A stretch of DNA of 64,000 nucleotides from Actinocrinis sp. (GTDB lineage: Bacteria; Actinomycetota; Actinomycetes; Streptomycetales; Catenulisporaceae). This document shows, one piece after another, positions 27,925 to 38,128 of the stretch (positions are counted from its first letter, which is position 1; each line of letters begins with the position of its first letter). The stretch spans positions 29 through 64,028 of the forward strand of contig NZ_DASYZI010000140.1 of the NCBI RefSeq assembly GCF_035946395.1. The letters run 5' to 3'. Made by a program: the position numbers and the translations under genes. The notes beneath the pieces are model-generated. The model was given only the letters and a program-made list of their open reading frames with translations, searched no databases and was not told where the DNA came from.

Positions 27925-30852
27925 ATGCGTGTGCCGGACCGATCGGCCAAGCGGTCGGAACGGTCGATCCTCGCCGCGCTCGCGGCCTGGGTCCTGCTCG
28001 CGGTTCTCGTCCTCGGCGTCCCGCTCGGCCTCGCGTACCTCATCGGCTGGCCGCTGAGCGGCGTACACGTCCCGCTCGGCCTGCCGCACCGGCCTTGGAC
28101 GGCGCACACGCTGTTCCGCGTCGCGATGTTCGTGATCTGGCTGCTGTGGGCGCAGTTCGCCGCCAGCGTGATCGTGGAGTTCCGCTCCGCGCTGACAGGG
28201 ATCGAAATACCTACGCGGATACCCGGCGCGGCGCTGAGCCGGACCGCGGCGCGTGCGATCGTCGCCGTCGCGTTGACGGCTTCCGTGGCGGGCGCCACGG
28301 TGACTGCCGCGTCCGCGCGCCCCGTGGCCGCGGTGAGCATCGACGTCGGCGGCGTTCGGGCCCACCTCCCGCAGCAGGCGAGCGGACCCCTGGCCAGAAC
28401 ACCGCAACCCGTGGCGCAGGCGCAGACCAGGCAGCCTGCCGTCCTGACCGACTTAGCCGGCCCGCACGTCGCCTCGAACACGGTTGCAACGAACACGGTT
28501 GCAACGAACACAGAGGCCGCCGCGATGGCGACCCTGAAGTACTACGTCGTCGAGCCGCCGGGCGGGCGGCGCCACGATTCCCTCTGGGATATCGCCCAGC
28601 GCTATCTCGGCGACGGGCGCCGGTACCGTGAGATCTTCGCCCTCAACGTCGGCCGCTTGCAGCCCGACGGCACGCAGCTTCAGCACGCGAGCCTGATCCG
28701 GCCCGGCTGGGTGCTCGTGCTGCCCTCCGACGCGCAGGGCCCGGGACTCAGCGTGCAGCTGCCCGCGAGCGCCTCCGCGTCGACACCCTCGCCCCAGTTG
28801 CCGCAAACGTCGCTGCCGCCGATCCAGTCCACGCCCGTGCACGATCCCACCACGTCCGCCACACAGACGAACGGCGACGGTGAAGCGCCGAAGACCTATG
28901 CGATGCCAGGTTCGCAGAACGGGACGAACCCGGCCACCGTGACCCCTGGCTCGGGCGCCATCCCGCACCCCGTCGCCTCGCGTCCCGCGTTGCCGCACGA
29001 GCAACCGGCCGGACCGCACTCCTCGGACGGCTCGGTCCTGCATTCGATCAGCGACGTGCTGCCGTACGTCGGGCTGATCGGGTCGCCGGTGCTCGCCGCC
29101 GCGCTGCTGGCCGGACTGACCGCCGCGGCCCGGCGCCGCCGCCGCGACCACCCGGCCGCGACGATCGCCGCCCCGCCGGACCCGGCCATCGCCGAGGTCG
29201 AGCGCACCATCCGTGCCGCAGCCTCCTGCGACACCATCGACTTGGTCGAGCGGGCGATGCGTGCGCTGCGCGGCGGGTGCGAGGTCGAGGGCCGAGTGCC
29301 GCCGGACCTGCGTTACGTGCGCACCGACCCGGACGGCCTCTACCTCGTGCTCGGCCGACCGGACACGCGGGCCCCCGCGCCGTGGTCGGTGCTCGCCGGT
29401 GACCAGCAGTGGCGCTTCGACAGCGAGGCGCCGCTCCCGGACGAGCCGACGCGCCACGCCGTGCCGTATCCGCTGCTGCTCGCGGTCGGCTCGCTCGGCG
29501 AGGAGCAGATCCTGGTCAACCTGGAGGCCTCCGCCGGCCGCTGCACCGCCGTCACCGGACCCAGCCGGCAGCGCCGTGCCGTGCTGGCCGCCGCCGCGGC
29601 GACCCTGGCCGCCGCGCCGTGGGCCGACCAGATCCGGATCGAGGCGGTCGGCCTGCCCGCAGAACTCGCCCTGCTCGCGCCGGAGCGGCTGCGCGTGCAT
29701 CCCGACCTGCCCGCGGCGCTCGGCGCCCTTGAGGAGCAGGCCGCCGCCACCAGCCCGCACCTGGTCCGCCTGCTGATCGCGGAGAGCGTCGCGCCGGAGG
29801 ATGCCGACCGGCTCAGGGTCCTGACGGCTGGGGCGGACGGCAGCACCGCGGCGCTGGTCGGCACGGAGCAACCGTGGCCCGACTTCACCGTTCTGACCGT
29901 GGACCCGGTCGGCAGGCTGCGCGTTCCCGGCGTCCCCGGCGACCTGACAGCCGCCCGGCTGCCCGACGCGCTGGCCGCCGCACTCGGCGCCCTCTTCCGC
30001 GTTGCCGCCGCGCCGCGCTACGCGCCCGCGTTCCGGCCCGCCGACGCGGAGGCGTTCGGCGGCGCAGACCTGGCCGATCAGCCGGTGGGAGTACGCGCGC
30101 GCATCCTCGGGCCCGTCGAGCTGACCGGCGTCGGCCCGGCCGACGCGGCGCGTGGACCGCTGTTCACCGAGGCGCTGGTGCTGCTGCTGTTCCACCGCGC
30201 CGGGCTGCCGGCGCCGGTGTTCGCCCGCGCGCTGTGGCCGCGCGGAATCACCCCGGCGGCGCGCGACCGGATGCTGCGTGACATGCGCGACTGGCTCGGC
30301 GAGGGCGTCGACGGCCCGCGCCTGACCGTCGCTCAGGACGGGCTGGTGCGCCTGACCGACGACGTGCGCGCCGACTGGGAGGAGTTCCAGGCCGCCTACC
30401 GGGACGCAGGGCGCTTGGCCGACGGTGCAGCACACTGGGACGCAGCCGAGGCGGCTCTCGTCCGCGCGCTTCACCTGGTGCGCGGCGAACTGCTGGCCGA
30501 TCGGCCGGCGGGCCGGTACTCCTGGCTCGGATTCGGCACGCAGGAGACCGAGGTCCCCGCCGTCATCGCCGACGCCGCGTACCGCCTGGCGGCGCAGCGG
30601 CTCGCCCGCGGCGACGCCGCCGGCGCGCAGTGGGCTGCGGAGAAGGGCCTGCTCGGCGCCCCCGACGACGAGCGGCTGGTGCAGATCAAGATCCGCGGCA
30701 TCGCGGCGCAGGGCGACCGGGAGCGGCTGCACGACGTCATCGCCGACCTCAAGGTGCGCGCGTGGTACCGCCACGGCGAGACCGACCTGCACCCGAGCAC
30801 CAGCGCCGTCGTGACAGAGCTCTTCGAAGGACTCCAGGGCCTGCGCGCATGA
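27925..30852 (+). CDS. Membrane protein with extracellular LysM domain and cytoplasmic C-terminal BTAD domain
   Basis: GGAGG RBS and ATG at 27925; N-terminal TM helices; DSLWDIAQRYLGDGRRY.EIF.LN...LIRPGW.L.LP (LysM); Pro/Thr linker; TM followed by RRRRR; ARILGPVEL and AL.LVRG.LL....Y.W (SARP/BTAD-type). Confidence 0.85.
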   Translation: MRVPDRSAKRSERSILAALAAWVLLAVLVLGVPLGLAYLIGWPLSGVHVPLGLPHRPWTAHTLFRVAMFVIWLLWAQFAASVIVEFRSALTGIEIPTRIPGAALSRTAARAIVAVALTASVAGATVTAASARPVAAVSIDVGGVRAHLPQQASGPLARTPQPVAQAQTRQPAVLTDLAGPHVASNTVATNTVATNTEAAAMATLKYYVVEPPGGRRHDSLWDIAQRYLGDGRRYREIFALNVGRLQPDGTQLQHASLIRPGWVLVLPSDAQGPGLSVQLPASASASTPSPQLPQTSLPPIQSTPVHDPTTSATQTNGDGEAPKTYAMPGSQNGTNPATVTPGSGAIPHPVASRPALPHEQPAGPHSSDGSVLHSISDVLPYVGLIGSPVLAAALLAGLTAAARRRRRDHPAATIAAPPDPAIAEVERTIRAAASCDTIDLVERAMRALRGGCEVEGRVPPDLRYVRTDPDGLYLVLGRPDTRAPAPWSVLAGDQQWRFDSEAPLPDEPTRHAVPYPLLLAVGSLGEEQILVNLEASAGRCTAVTGPSRQRRAVLAAAAATLAAAPWADQIRIEAVGLPAELALLAPERLRVHPDLPAALGALEEQAAATSPHLVRLLIAESVAPEDADRLRVLTAGADGSTAALVGTEQPWPDFTVLTVDPVGRLRVPGVPGDLTAARLPDALAAALGALFRVAAAPRYAPAFRPADAEAFGGADLADQPVGVRARILGPVELTGVGPADAARGPLFTEALVLLLFHRAGLPAPVFARALWPRGITPAARDRMLRDMRDWLGEGVDGPRLTVAQDGLVRLTDDVRADWEEFQAAYRDAGRLADGAAHWDAAEAALVRALHLVRGELLADRPAGRYSWLGFGTQETEVPAVIADAAYRLAAQRLARGDAAGAQWAAEKGLLGAPDDERLVQIKIRGIAAQGDRERLHDVIADLKVRAWYRHGETDLHPSTSAVVTELFEGLQGLRA

Positions 30853-30888
30853 GGGGCCTGATGAGAATGAGAAGCCTGAGGAGCCGCT

Positions 30889-31902
30889 GTGGTCAGTTCC
30901 GCTAGGGCGAACCCGCCCGCCGGCGGCCCGGCGGGCGGCGCGTTGGTGCTGCCGCCCGACCGGCGGCTCGTGGTGCCCGTCCTGTCCGGCAGCGGCGGCG
31001 TCGGCCGCACGACGGTCGCCGCGCTGCTCGCCGCCACCCTGCACCGGCACACCGTCGGCGCGCTCGGCGACACGCGCGGGAGCGCCGTGCTCGACTGCGC
31101 CGCACGCGGCCACACGCCGTGGCCCGCATGGGTGACGACCCCGGCGTCCTCGGGCACCGGCACGCTCGCCGGATACCGGGGTTCGGCGGCCGGCGCGGAT
31201 GCCGACCTGGCGGAGCTCACCGACGCGGCGACGTCACACCTCGCCGTGGCCACGCACAGCCCGCTGTGGGTGCTCACCGACACCGGGCCGGCGTCAGGGT
31301 CCTACCTCGGCGGCGATCCCGGCCCGCGCTGGTGGCTGCCGGTCCTGCCGTCGCTGCGCGTGGCGGTCGTGGACGGCGACGCGCTCGAAGGCGCGCGCTT
31401 GGCCGCGCAGACGGTCGGCGGGCCGCTCTCCACGATCGGATCGTGGTTCGCGACACCGTTCCTCAACACCGCCGCCGTCTGGGTGACCGACACCGGTGAG
31501 GCGTCGCTTCAGCGCACCATCGACGCCCTGACATGCATCGCGGAAGTCCGCCTGCCCGCAGACCGCATCGTGGTCGCGATCACCGACCGTCGTGGCGTAC
31601 GCCGTCGCGGCGGCAGCTCCCTGCCGGAGAGCTGGCACGACCTGATCGCGGGCCGGGTCGGCGCCCTCGTCGACCTCGGCCACGACCGTACGCTCGACGA
31701 CCAGGGCGGCTGCCCGTCGCTCGACGCCGCCGCACTGGACCGCCCTGAAGTGGTCGAACTGGCCCGCGCCGTGGCCGTCGCGGCGCGCCTGCACTGGATC
31801 CCGGAGGGCGAGCCCGCCGTCTACGACCCGGCCAACAGCGTCCCTGCGTCCGACCTGACCGAACTGATGCTGCGTCAGGCGGGCCGCGCCGCGCTGCGGT
31901 AA
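30889..31902 (+). CDS. MinD/ParA-like P-loop protein with deviant Walker A
   Basis: VPVLSGSGGVGRTTVAALLA at the N-terminus; AVVDGD; terminal ...DLGHDRTL...L..LA.AV, as in the MinD fold. Confidence 0.65.
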   Translation: MVSSARANPPAGGPAGGALVLPPDRRLVVPVLSGSGGVGRTTVAALLAATLHRHTVGALGDTRGSAVLDCAARGHTPWPAWVTTPASSGTGTLAGYRGSAAGADADLAELTDAATSHLAVATHSPLWVLTDTGPASGSYLGGDPGPRWWLPVLPSLRVAVVDGDALEGARLAAQTVGGPLSTIGSWFATPFLNTAAVWVTDTGEASLQRTIDALTCIAEVRLPADRIVVAITDRRGVRRRGGSSLPESWHDLIAGRVGALVDLGHDRTLDDQGGCPSLDAAALDRPEVVELARAVAVAARLHWIPEGEPAVYDPANSVPASDLTELMLRQAGRAALR

Positions 31903-31945
31903 CTCGCGGTAACTCGCAGGGGCTATGCCGGTTGCGTCACCTTCG

Positions 31946-32902
31946 TCACCTTCTCGCGAAGTCGGCGAGTGCTTCTTCGAGCACGCGGGCCATCGTCGTG
32001 CTCCCGGTGTGGCCGGAGTCCTCGACGACGACGAGACGGGCGTCCGGCCACGCCTGAGCCAGTTCCCAGGCGGTGCCGATCGGGCTGCCCATGTCGAGGC
32101 GGCCGTGCACCAGCAGCCCGGGGATGCCCGCGAGGCGGTCGGCGTTGCGCAGCAGCACGCCCTCTTCCAGCCACGCGGCGTGCGAGAAGTAGTGCGCGCA
32201 GATGCGCACGAACGCGAGTTTCGCGGTGTCGGGGCGGTCGCTGTACGCGTTCGGCTTGCCGTTCGGCTCTGCCGAGATGACTGCGTCCTCCCAGGCGAGC
32301 CAGCTGTTCGCCGCTTTGGCGCGCGTGTCGGGATCCGGGTGCTCCATTAGCCGCGCGTACGCGGCCACGAGGTCGCCGCCCCGCTCGGCCTCCGGCACGC
32401 CCGCACGGAAGCGGTCCCACGCCTCGGGAAAGAACCGGCCGACGCCCCGGTAGAGCCAGTCGACCTCCGAGCGGCGCGTGGTCGTGACGGCCGTGATGAT
32501 GATCTCCGAAACGCGCTCCGGGTGCCGCTCGGCGTACGCGAGGATCAGCGTCGAGCCCCACGAGCCGCCGTTCAGCAGCCAGCGCTCGACACCCAGGTGC
32601 GTGCGCAACAGTTCCATGTCCGCGAGCAGATGCTCCGTCGTGTTCACGCTCATGTCCGTCGCCGGGTCGCTCGTGTGCGGGGTGCTGCGTCCGCAGCCGC
32701 GCTGATCGAAGACGATGACGCGGCAGCGCTCCAGATCCCACCCCGACGGCCGTCCGGGCGCGAACCCGCTGCCGGGGCCGCCGTGCACCTTGAGCACCGG
32801 TTTACCGCTGGGATTGCCCCAGGCCTCCCAGTACACGCGGTTGCCGTCGCCGACGTCGAGCATCCCGTGCTCGTTCGGCCGCTCGGAGTCGTTCTCGGTC
32901 AT
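31946..32902 (-). CDS. pip: Proline iminopeptidase
   Basis: VHGGPG, FDQRGCGRS, GGSWGS (nucleophile), HGRLD and GH motifs. Confidence 0.93.
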   Translation of the reverse strand: MTENDSERPNEHGMLDVGDGNRVYWEAWGNPSGKPVLKVHGGPGSGFAPGRPSGWDLERCRVIVFDQRGCGRSTPHTSDPATDMSVNTTEHLLADMELLRTHLGVERWLLNGGSWGSTLILAYAERHPERVSEIIITAVTTTRRSEVDWLYRGVGRFFPEAWDRFRAGVPEAERGGDLVAAYARLMEHPDPDTRAKAANSWLAWEDAVISAEPNGKPNAYSDRPDTAKLAFVRICAHYFSHAAWLEEGVLLRNADRLAGIPGLLVHGRLDMGSPIGTAWELAQAWPDARLVVVEDSGHTGSTTMARVLEEALADFARR

Positions 32903-32976
32903 GCCTCGCCAACCTCCCGGGGAGCGTCGAATAAAGTCGGATCATTGCAAGCAACGACACGAGACGCAGGGAATTC

Positions 32977-34902
<1,926 letters not shown>

Positions 34903-34998
34903 TATGAATTTATATACAGGCTGACATGCGGATTATCGGATCATATGGATTCGAAACCTCTGGACGGCGCCCTTGCCCCGGCACATTTGAAACGAGCC

Positions 34999-35160
34999 TT
35001 GTTGCCTCGCCAGCCTGTGCTGTCTCGCGAGTTGGTGCTGTCTCGCGAGGTTGCGTTGTGAGGTGGCACTGTGTCGTGGGCCTGTGTTGTCTCCCGAGCC
35101 GGTGTTTTCTCGTGGGCGGATTTTGTCGCTGTCTCGTGGGGGTGTGTTGCCCCGCGAGCG
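34999..35160 (+). repeat. Degenerate 18-bp tandem array (about 9 units)
   Basis: Units such as GTGCTGTCTCGCGAGTTG, GTGCTGTCTCGCGAGGTT, GTGTTGTCTCCCGAGCCG and GTGTTTTCTCGTGGGCGG. Confidence 0.8.
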
Positions 35161-35267
35161 CGCGCCATCCGCCAAGCGAGTGCCGTGCCGCCACGCCGCA
35201 AGCTCGTCTCGCCTAGCAAGCCCGTGTCGCCGCCCCTTGGCTGATCACCATCCGTGGCAGATCACAC

Positions 35268-35452
35268 CCACAGTTGCTCGTTACCGGCGACTGATTGTCG
35301 CCGACAGCTGCCCGTCACTGACAGCTGCTCGCCAGTGACGGCTGCTCGTCACCCGCTCGTCCGCTGCCCGTCGTCTCCGGTGCCTTCGTCTGCGGTGCCC
35401 CTGTCCTGCCCCTGTCCTGTCCTGCCCTGTCCCTGTTTTCCCTGTCCTGCCT
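35268..35452 (+). repeat. Second degenerate array (GACAGCTGCYCG-type units) followed by CCCTGT/CCTGT microrepeats
   Basis: GACAGCTGCCCGTCACT / GACAGCTGCTCGCCAGT / GACGGCTGCTCGTCACC, then CCCTGTCCTG-type repeats up to the whiB stop codon. Confidence 0.7.
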
Positions 35453-35871
35453 CAGGCCGCGATCGAGCGTGGCCGGGGGATCCGGCGGCCGAAGGAGCGG
35501 CCGAAGCCGATCTCGCGGTCCGTCTCGCTCAGGCCGCCCCAGATGCCGAACAGCTCCGGGGTCTGGAGCGCGTGGTTCCGGCACTCGCGCAGCACCGGGC
35601 AGCTCGCGCACACGCGCTTCGCCGCGCCCTCCCGGGCCTCGCGGTCACGGATGCGCTCCTTCTCCGGCCCGAAGAACAGCCGCGCGTCGGAGCCCTGGCA
35701 GGCCGCCCGTTCCTGCCAACCCAGCCGCAGTTGCGCGACCGGGGGGATGCGCGCCGCGTTGCGCGCCGAACGCCGCTCCGGCAGCAGCGCCACCTGCTGG
35801 TTCTCCGCCCGTACGCCCGCCTTCCCCACGCGCGCCGAACCGCCAGCCCTGTCGTTGTCGTCCGCCAACAC
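35452..35871 (-). CDS. WhiB-family Fe-S transcriptional regulator
   Basis: WQERAACQG..LFFGP, VCASCPV..ECRNHAL and GIWGGLSE: four conserved Cys plus the G[IV]WGG turn. Confidence 0.95.
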   Translation of the reverse strand: MLADDNDRAGGSARVGKAGVRAENQQVALLPERRSARNAARIPPVAQLRLGWQERAACQGSDARLFFGPEKERIRDREAREGAAKRVCASCPVLRECRNHALQTPELFGIWGGLSETDREIGFGRSFGRRIPRPRSIAA

Positions 35872-36273
35872 AATCCCCTCCGAGTGTGTCCTGTCCGTTA
35901 CAACGGACGCGGCGTCGCCGGTGTTCCTGGCGCCGCCACGCCTTGTTCCCTCCCCCTCGCCGTTGAGACGACCGAAGTGGCGCGATCGTTCCCGCGTTCT
36001 GGGCGAGTCGCGCCGATGGACCGGCGGATGTTCGACGGCGAGTCTCGTCGGGTTTCCCCCGTACCTGGCGCAACTCGCGGAATCGGCCGTGCCACGTGCG
36101 ATGGCTGGAATCGTGACATGAGGACTCGCACAGGACGTCCCGTAGCACGATCGAGTGGAATCGCCCCCGCAGCTCCCTGATCCGGGCTACGTTACAACCC
36201 GGGTTCAGTCGGGGCCACTCTGCGCTGATCCCGCGCACGCGCACCGTGAACGCCGCAGGAAGGAGTCCGGGCG

Positions 36274-37950
36274 ATGCCCCAGGCGACGCCGCCACGGCAG
36301 GGTCATGCGCGCACCTCGTCCCACACGACGCACGGGATACCCGGGCCGTCCGTCCCCCCGCCGCCGAGCGCGAGCGGTGCAGCCGGGGGTGCGGGCGAGC
36401 CCGGGGCCTCGGCGGGTCAGGGGAATCAGGGCGGCCAGGGCAACCAGGCGCTGCGGCAGCTGCGGCTGCGGCGCTTCTGGACTCAGGCGGACTTCGCGTC
36501 TGCGTTCGAGGCGCGTTCACGGCAGATCGGCCGCCCGCTGTCGTTGTCGGTGCGGCAGGTGCGCCGGTGGGAGAGCGACAGTCCGCCGCTGCCACTCCCG
36601 GCGTACCAGGCGGTGCTCGAAGCGCTGTTCGGTGTGCCGATCGAGCGGATGGGCTTCCAGCCGCAGTGGGTGCGCGAGGAGGTGGCCGGTCCGTTCGATC
36701 CGGGCTTGAGCGCGACGGCCGAACCGGCGTCGGCCGATTGGGTCTGGGCCGCCGGGCCCGGTCCGGTGACGCGCGGGGGAGCAGGGGTCACTCGGTCGCC
36801 GCAGGACGACCACGAGAGGCACGACCCGGTGAAGAGACGACAGTTCATGACCAGCGCGGTGGCGCTCGGCTCCGGCGGGCTGGCCGCCGCTGTGCCGACA
36901 ACCGCGCGCGCTTCAACGTACCCGCAGCCTCCGGCGCAGGCGGACCCACCCGCGTTCGCCGAATCAGGCGCCGCGTACCGACTGGCCGAATACACGAACG
37001 GCGACTCCGGCGCGTCCAGCGCGTCGAGTGTCGATCCCACGCTGGTGGCCGGATACGCGGTGATCACGGCCCAGCATCGGGCGCTGTACTGGAGCGTGGC
37101 CGCCTCGGCGATGTTCGCCCCGGTGGCCGCGCACTCCGAACTCGGCCTCGGCCTGCTGCACGCCGCCGGCTCCCCGGCGCTGCGGGCCCGGCTCGCCCTC
37201 CCCGTCGGCGAGACCGCGCTGCTGGCAGCCCGGCTGGCCTTCTTCGACCTGCAACAGCCGCAACTTGCCGACGGCTACTTCGCCGTCGCGCTCGACGCCG
37301 CCCGCGAGTCGGCGGACCGGGCGCTGATCGGCGCGGTGCTGGCACACCTGGCGTTCGCCCCGGCCTTCGCGGGCCAGGCGCGGCGTGCACGGGACCTGAT
37401 GGCCGAGGCGCACCGGCAGGCGCGCGGCGCCGTCGGCCCGGTGCAGCGCTCGTGGATGTACGCGGTCGAATCCGAGATCGAGGCCCGCGTCGGCGGCGGC
37501 TTGGCGGCGAACGACTTGATCGCGCGCGCGGAGGGCGAACTGTCGCCGGTCGGCGGCGACGGTCTGGCCGGGGACGAGCCGGAGTGGCTCGACTACTACG
37601 ACGCCTCGCGGCTCGCCGGATTCAAGGGCTACTGCCAGCTGAGCACCGGCCGCAACGGCGAAGCCGCCGCCTCGCTGGAGCACACTCTGCGCACGCTGCC
37701 CCCCACGGGGGTGAAGCAGCGCTCGATCGTGCTCGCCGACCTGGCGCAGGCACGCGCGCAGCAGGGCGAGTTGGAAGAGTCGGCGAGGCTGCTCGGCGGT
37801 GCCATCGCCCAGCTGCGCCGCGCCTGGTACGCGACCGGCCTGGACCGGGTGGACTCGGTGCGGCGCGGGCTGGCCGCGGTCAACGCCCCTGTCAGGGTCC
37901 TGGCTCCGGTGGAGGAGGCCAGGCACGCCCTTGAGGCGGTAAGGCCCTGA
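36274..37950 (+). CDS. XRE-type HTH transcriptional regulator with C-terminal TPR-like helical domain
   Basis: LRQLRLRRFWTQADFA...VRRWES...YQAVLEALF (HTH); KRRQFM linker; helical AARLAFFD...A..YF..AL..ARE domain typical of actinomycete regulators. Confidence 0.8.
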   Translation: MPQATPPRQGHARTSSHTTHGIPGPSVPPPPSASGAAGGAGEPGASAGQGNQGGQGNQALRQLRLRRFWTQADFASAFEARSRQIGRPLSLSVRQVRRWESDSPPLPLPAYQAVLEALFGVPIERMGFQPQWVREEVAGPFDPGLSATAEPASADWVWAAGPGPVTRGGAGVTRSPQDDHERHDPVKRRQFMTSAVALGSGGLAAAVPTTARASTYPQPPAQADPPAFAESGAAYRLAEYTNGDSGASSASSVDPTLVAGYAVITAQHRALYWSVAASAMFAPVAAHSELGLGLLHAAGSPALRARLALPVGETALLAARLAFFDLQQPQLADGYFAVALDAARESADRALIGAVLAHLAFAPAFAGQARRARDLMAEAHRQARGAVGPVQRSWMYAVESEIEARVGGGLAANDLIARAEGELSPVGGDGLAGDEPEWLDYYDASRLAGFKGYCQLSTGRNGEAAASLEHTLRTLPPTGVKQRSIVLADLAQARAQQGELEESARLLGGAIAQLRRAWYATGLDRVDSVRRGLAAVNAPVRVLAPVEEARHALEAVRP

Positions 37951-38128
37951 GCGTACTGCGCAAAGTCCGCCCGAGGTCCGGTCCGAGGCCGGTCGCAGAC
38001 CCCTTGATCAAGGTAGCGCGCCACGGCCGCACCGTGCCAACGTAGCTACTCGTCACAAGTCGGATCCGCCCGGTTGCAGCACGTGAGCGGGTGGATCACC
38101 GACAGTTCCGGTCCGGAGGGACGTACTC

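Noticed and set aside
26539-28407. 622-aa version of the minus-strand ORF
   Set aside because: The portion upstream of 27630 is the antisense shadow of the LysM-BTAD gene and the divergent spacer; family-like sequence starts only at the ATG at 27630.
26539-31902. Integrative or conjugative element interpretation of the EccE-like/LysM-BTAD block
   Set aside because: There is no integrase, relaxase, VirB4/TraB, att repeat or tRNA target, and codon style matches the flanks. It is kept only as an alternative to test (SCO6880-like similarity).
34999-35452. Possible CRISPR array
   Set aside because: Units are contiguous and degenerate with no unique spacers, and no cas genes are present.
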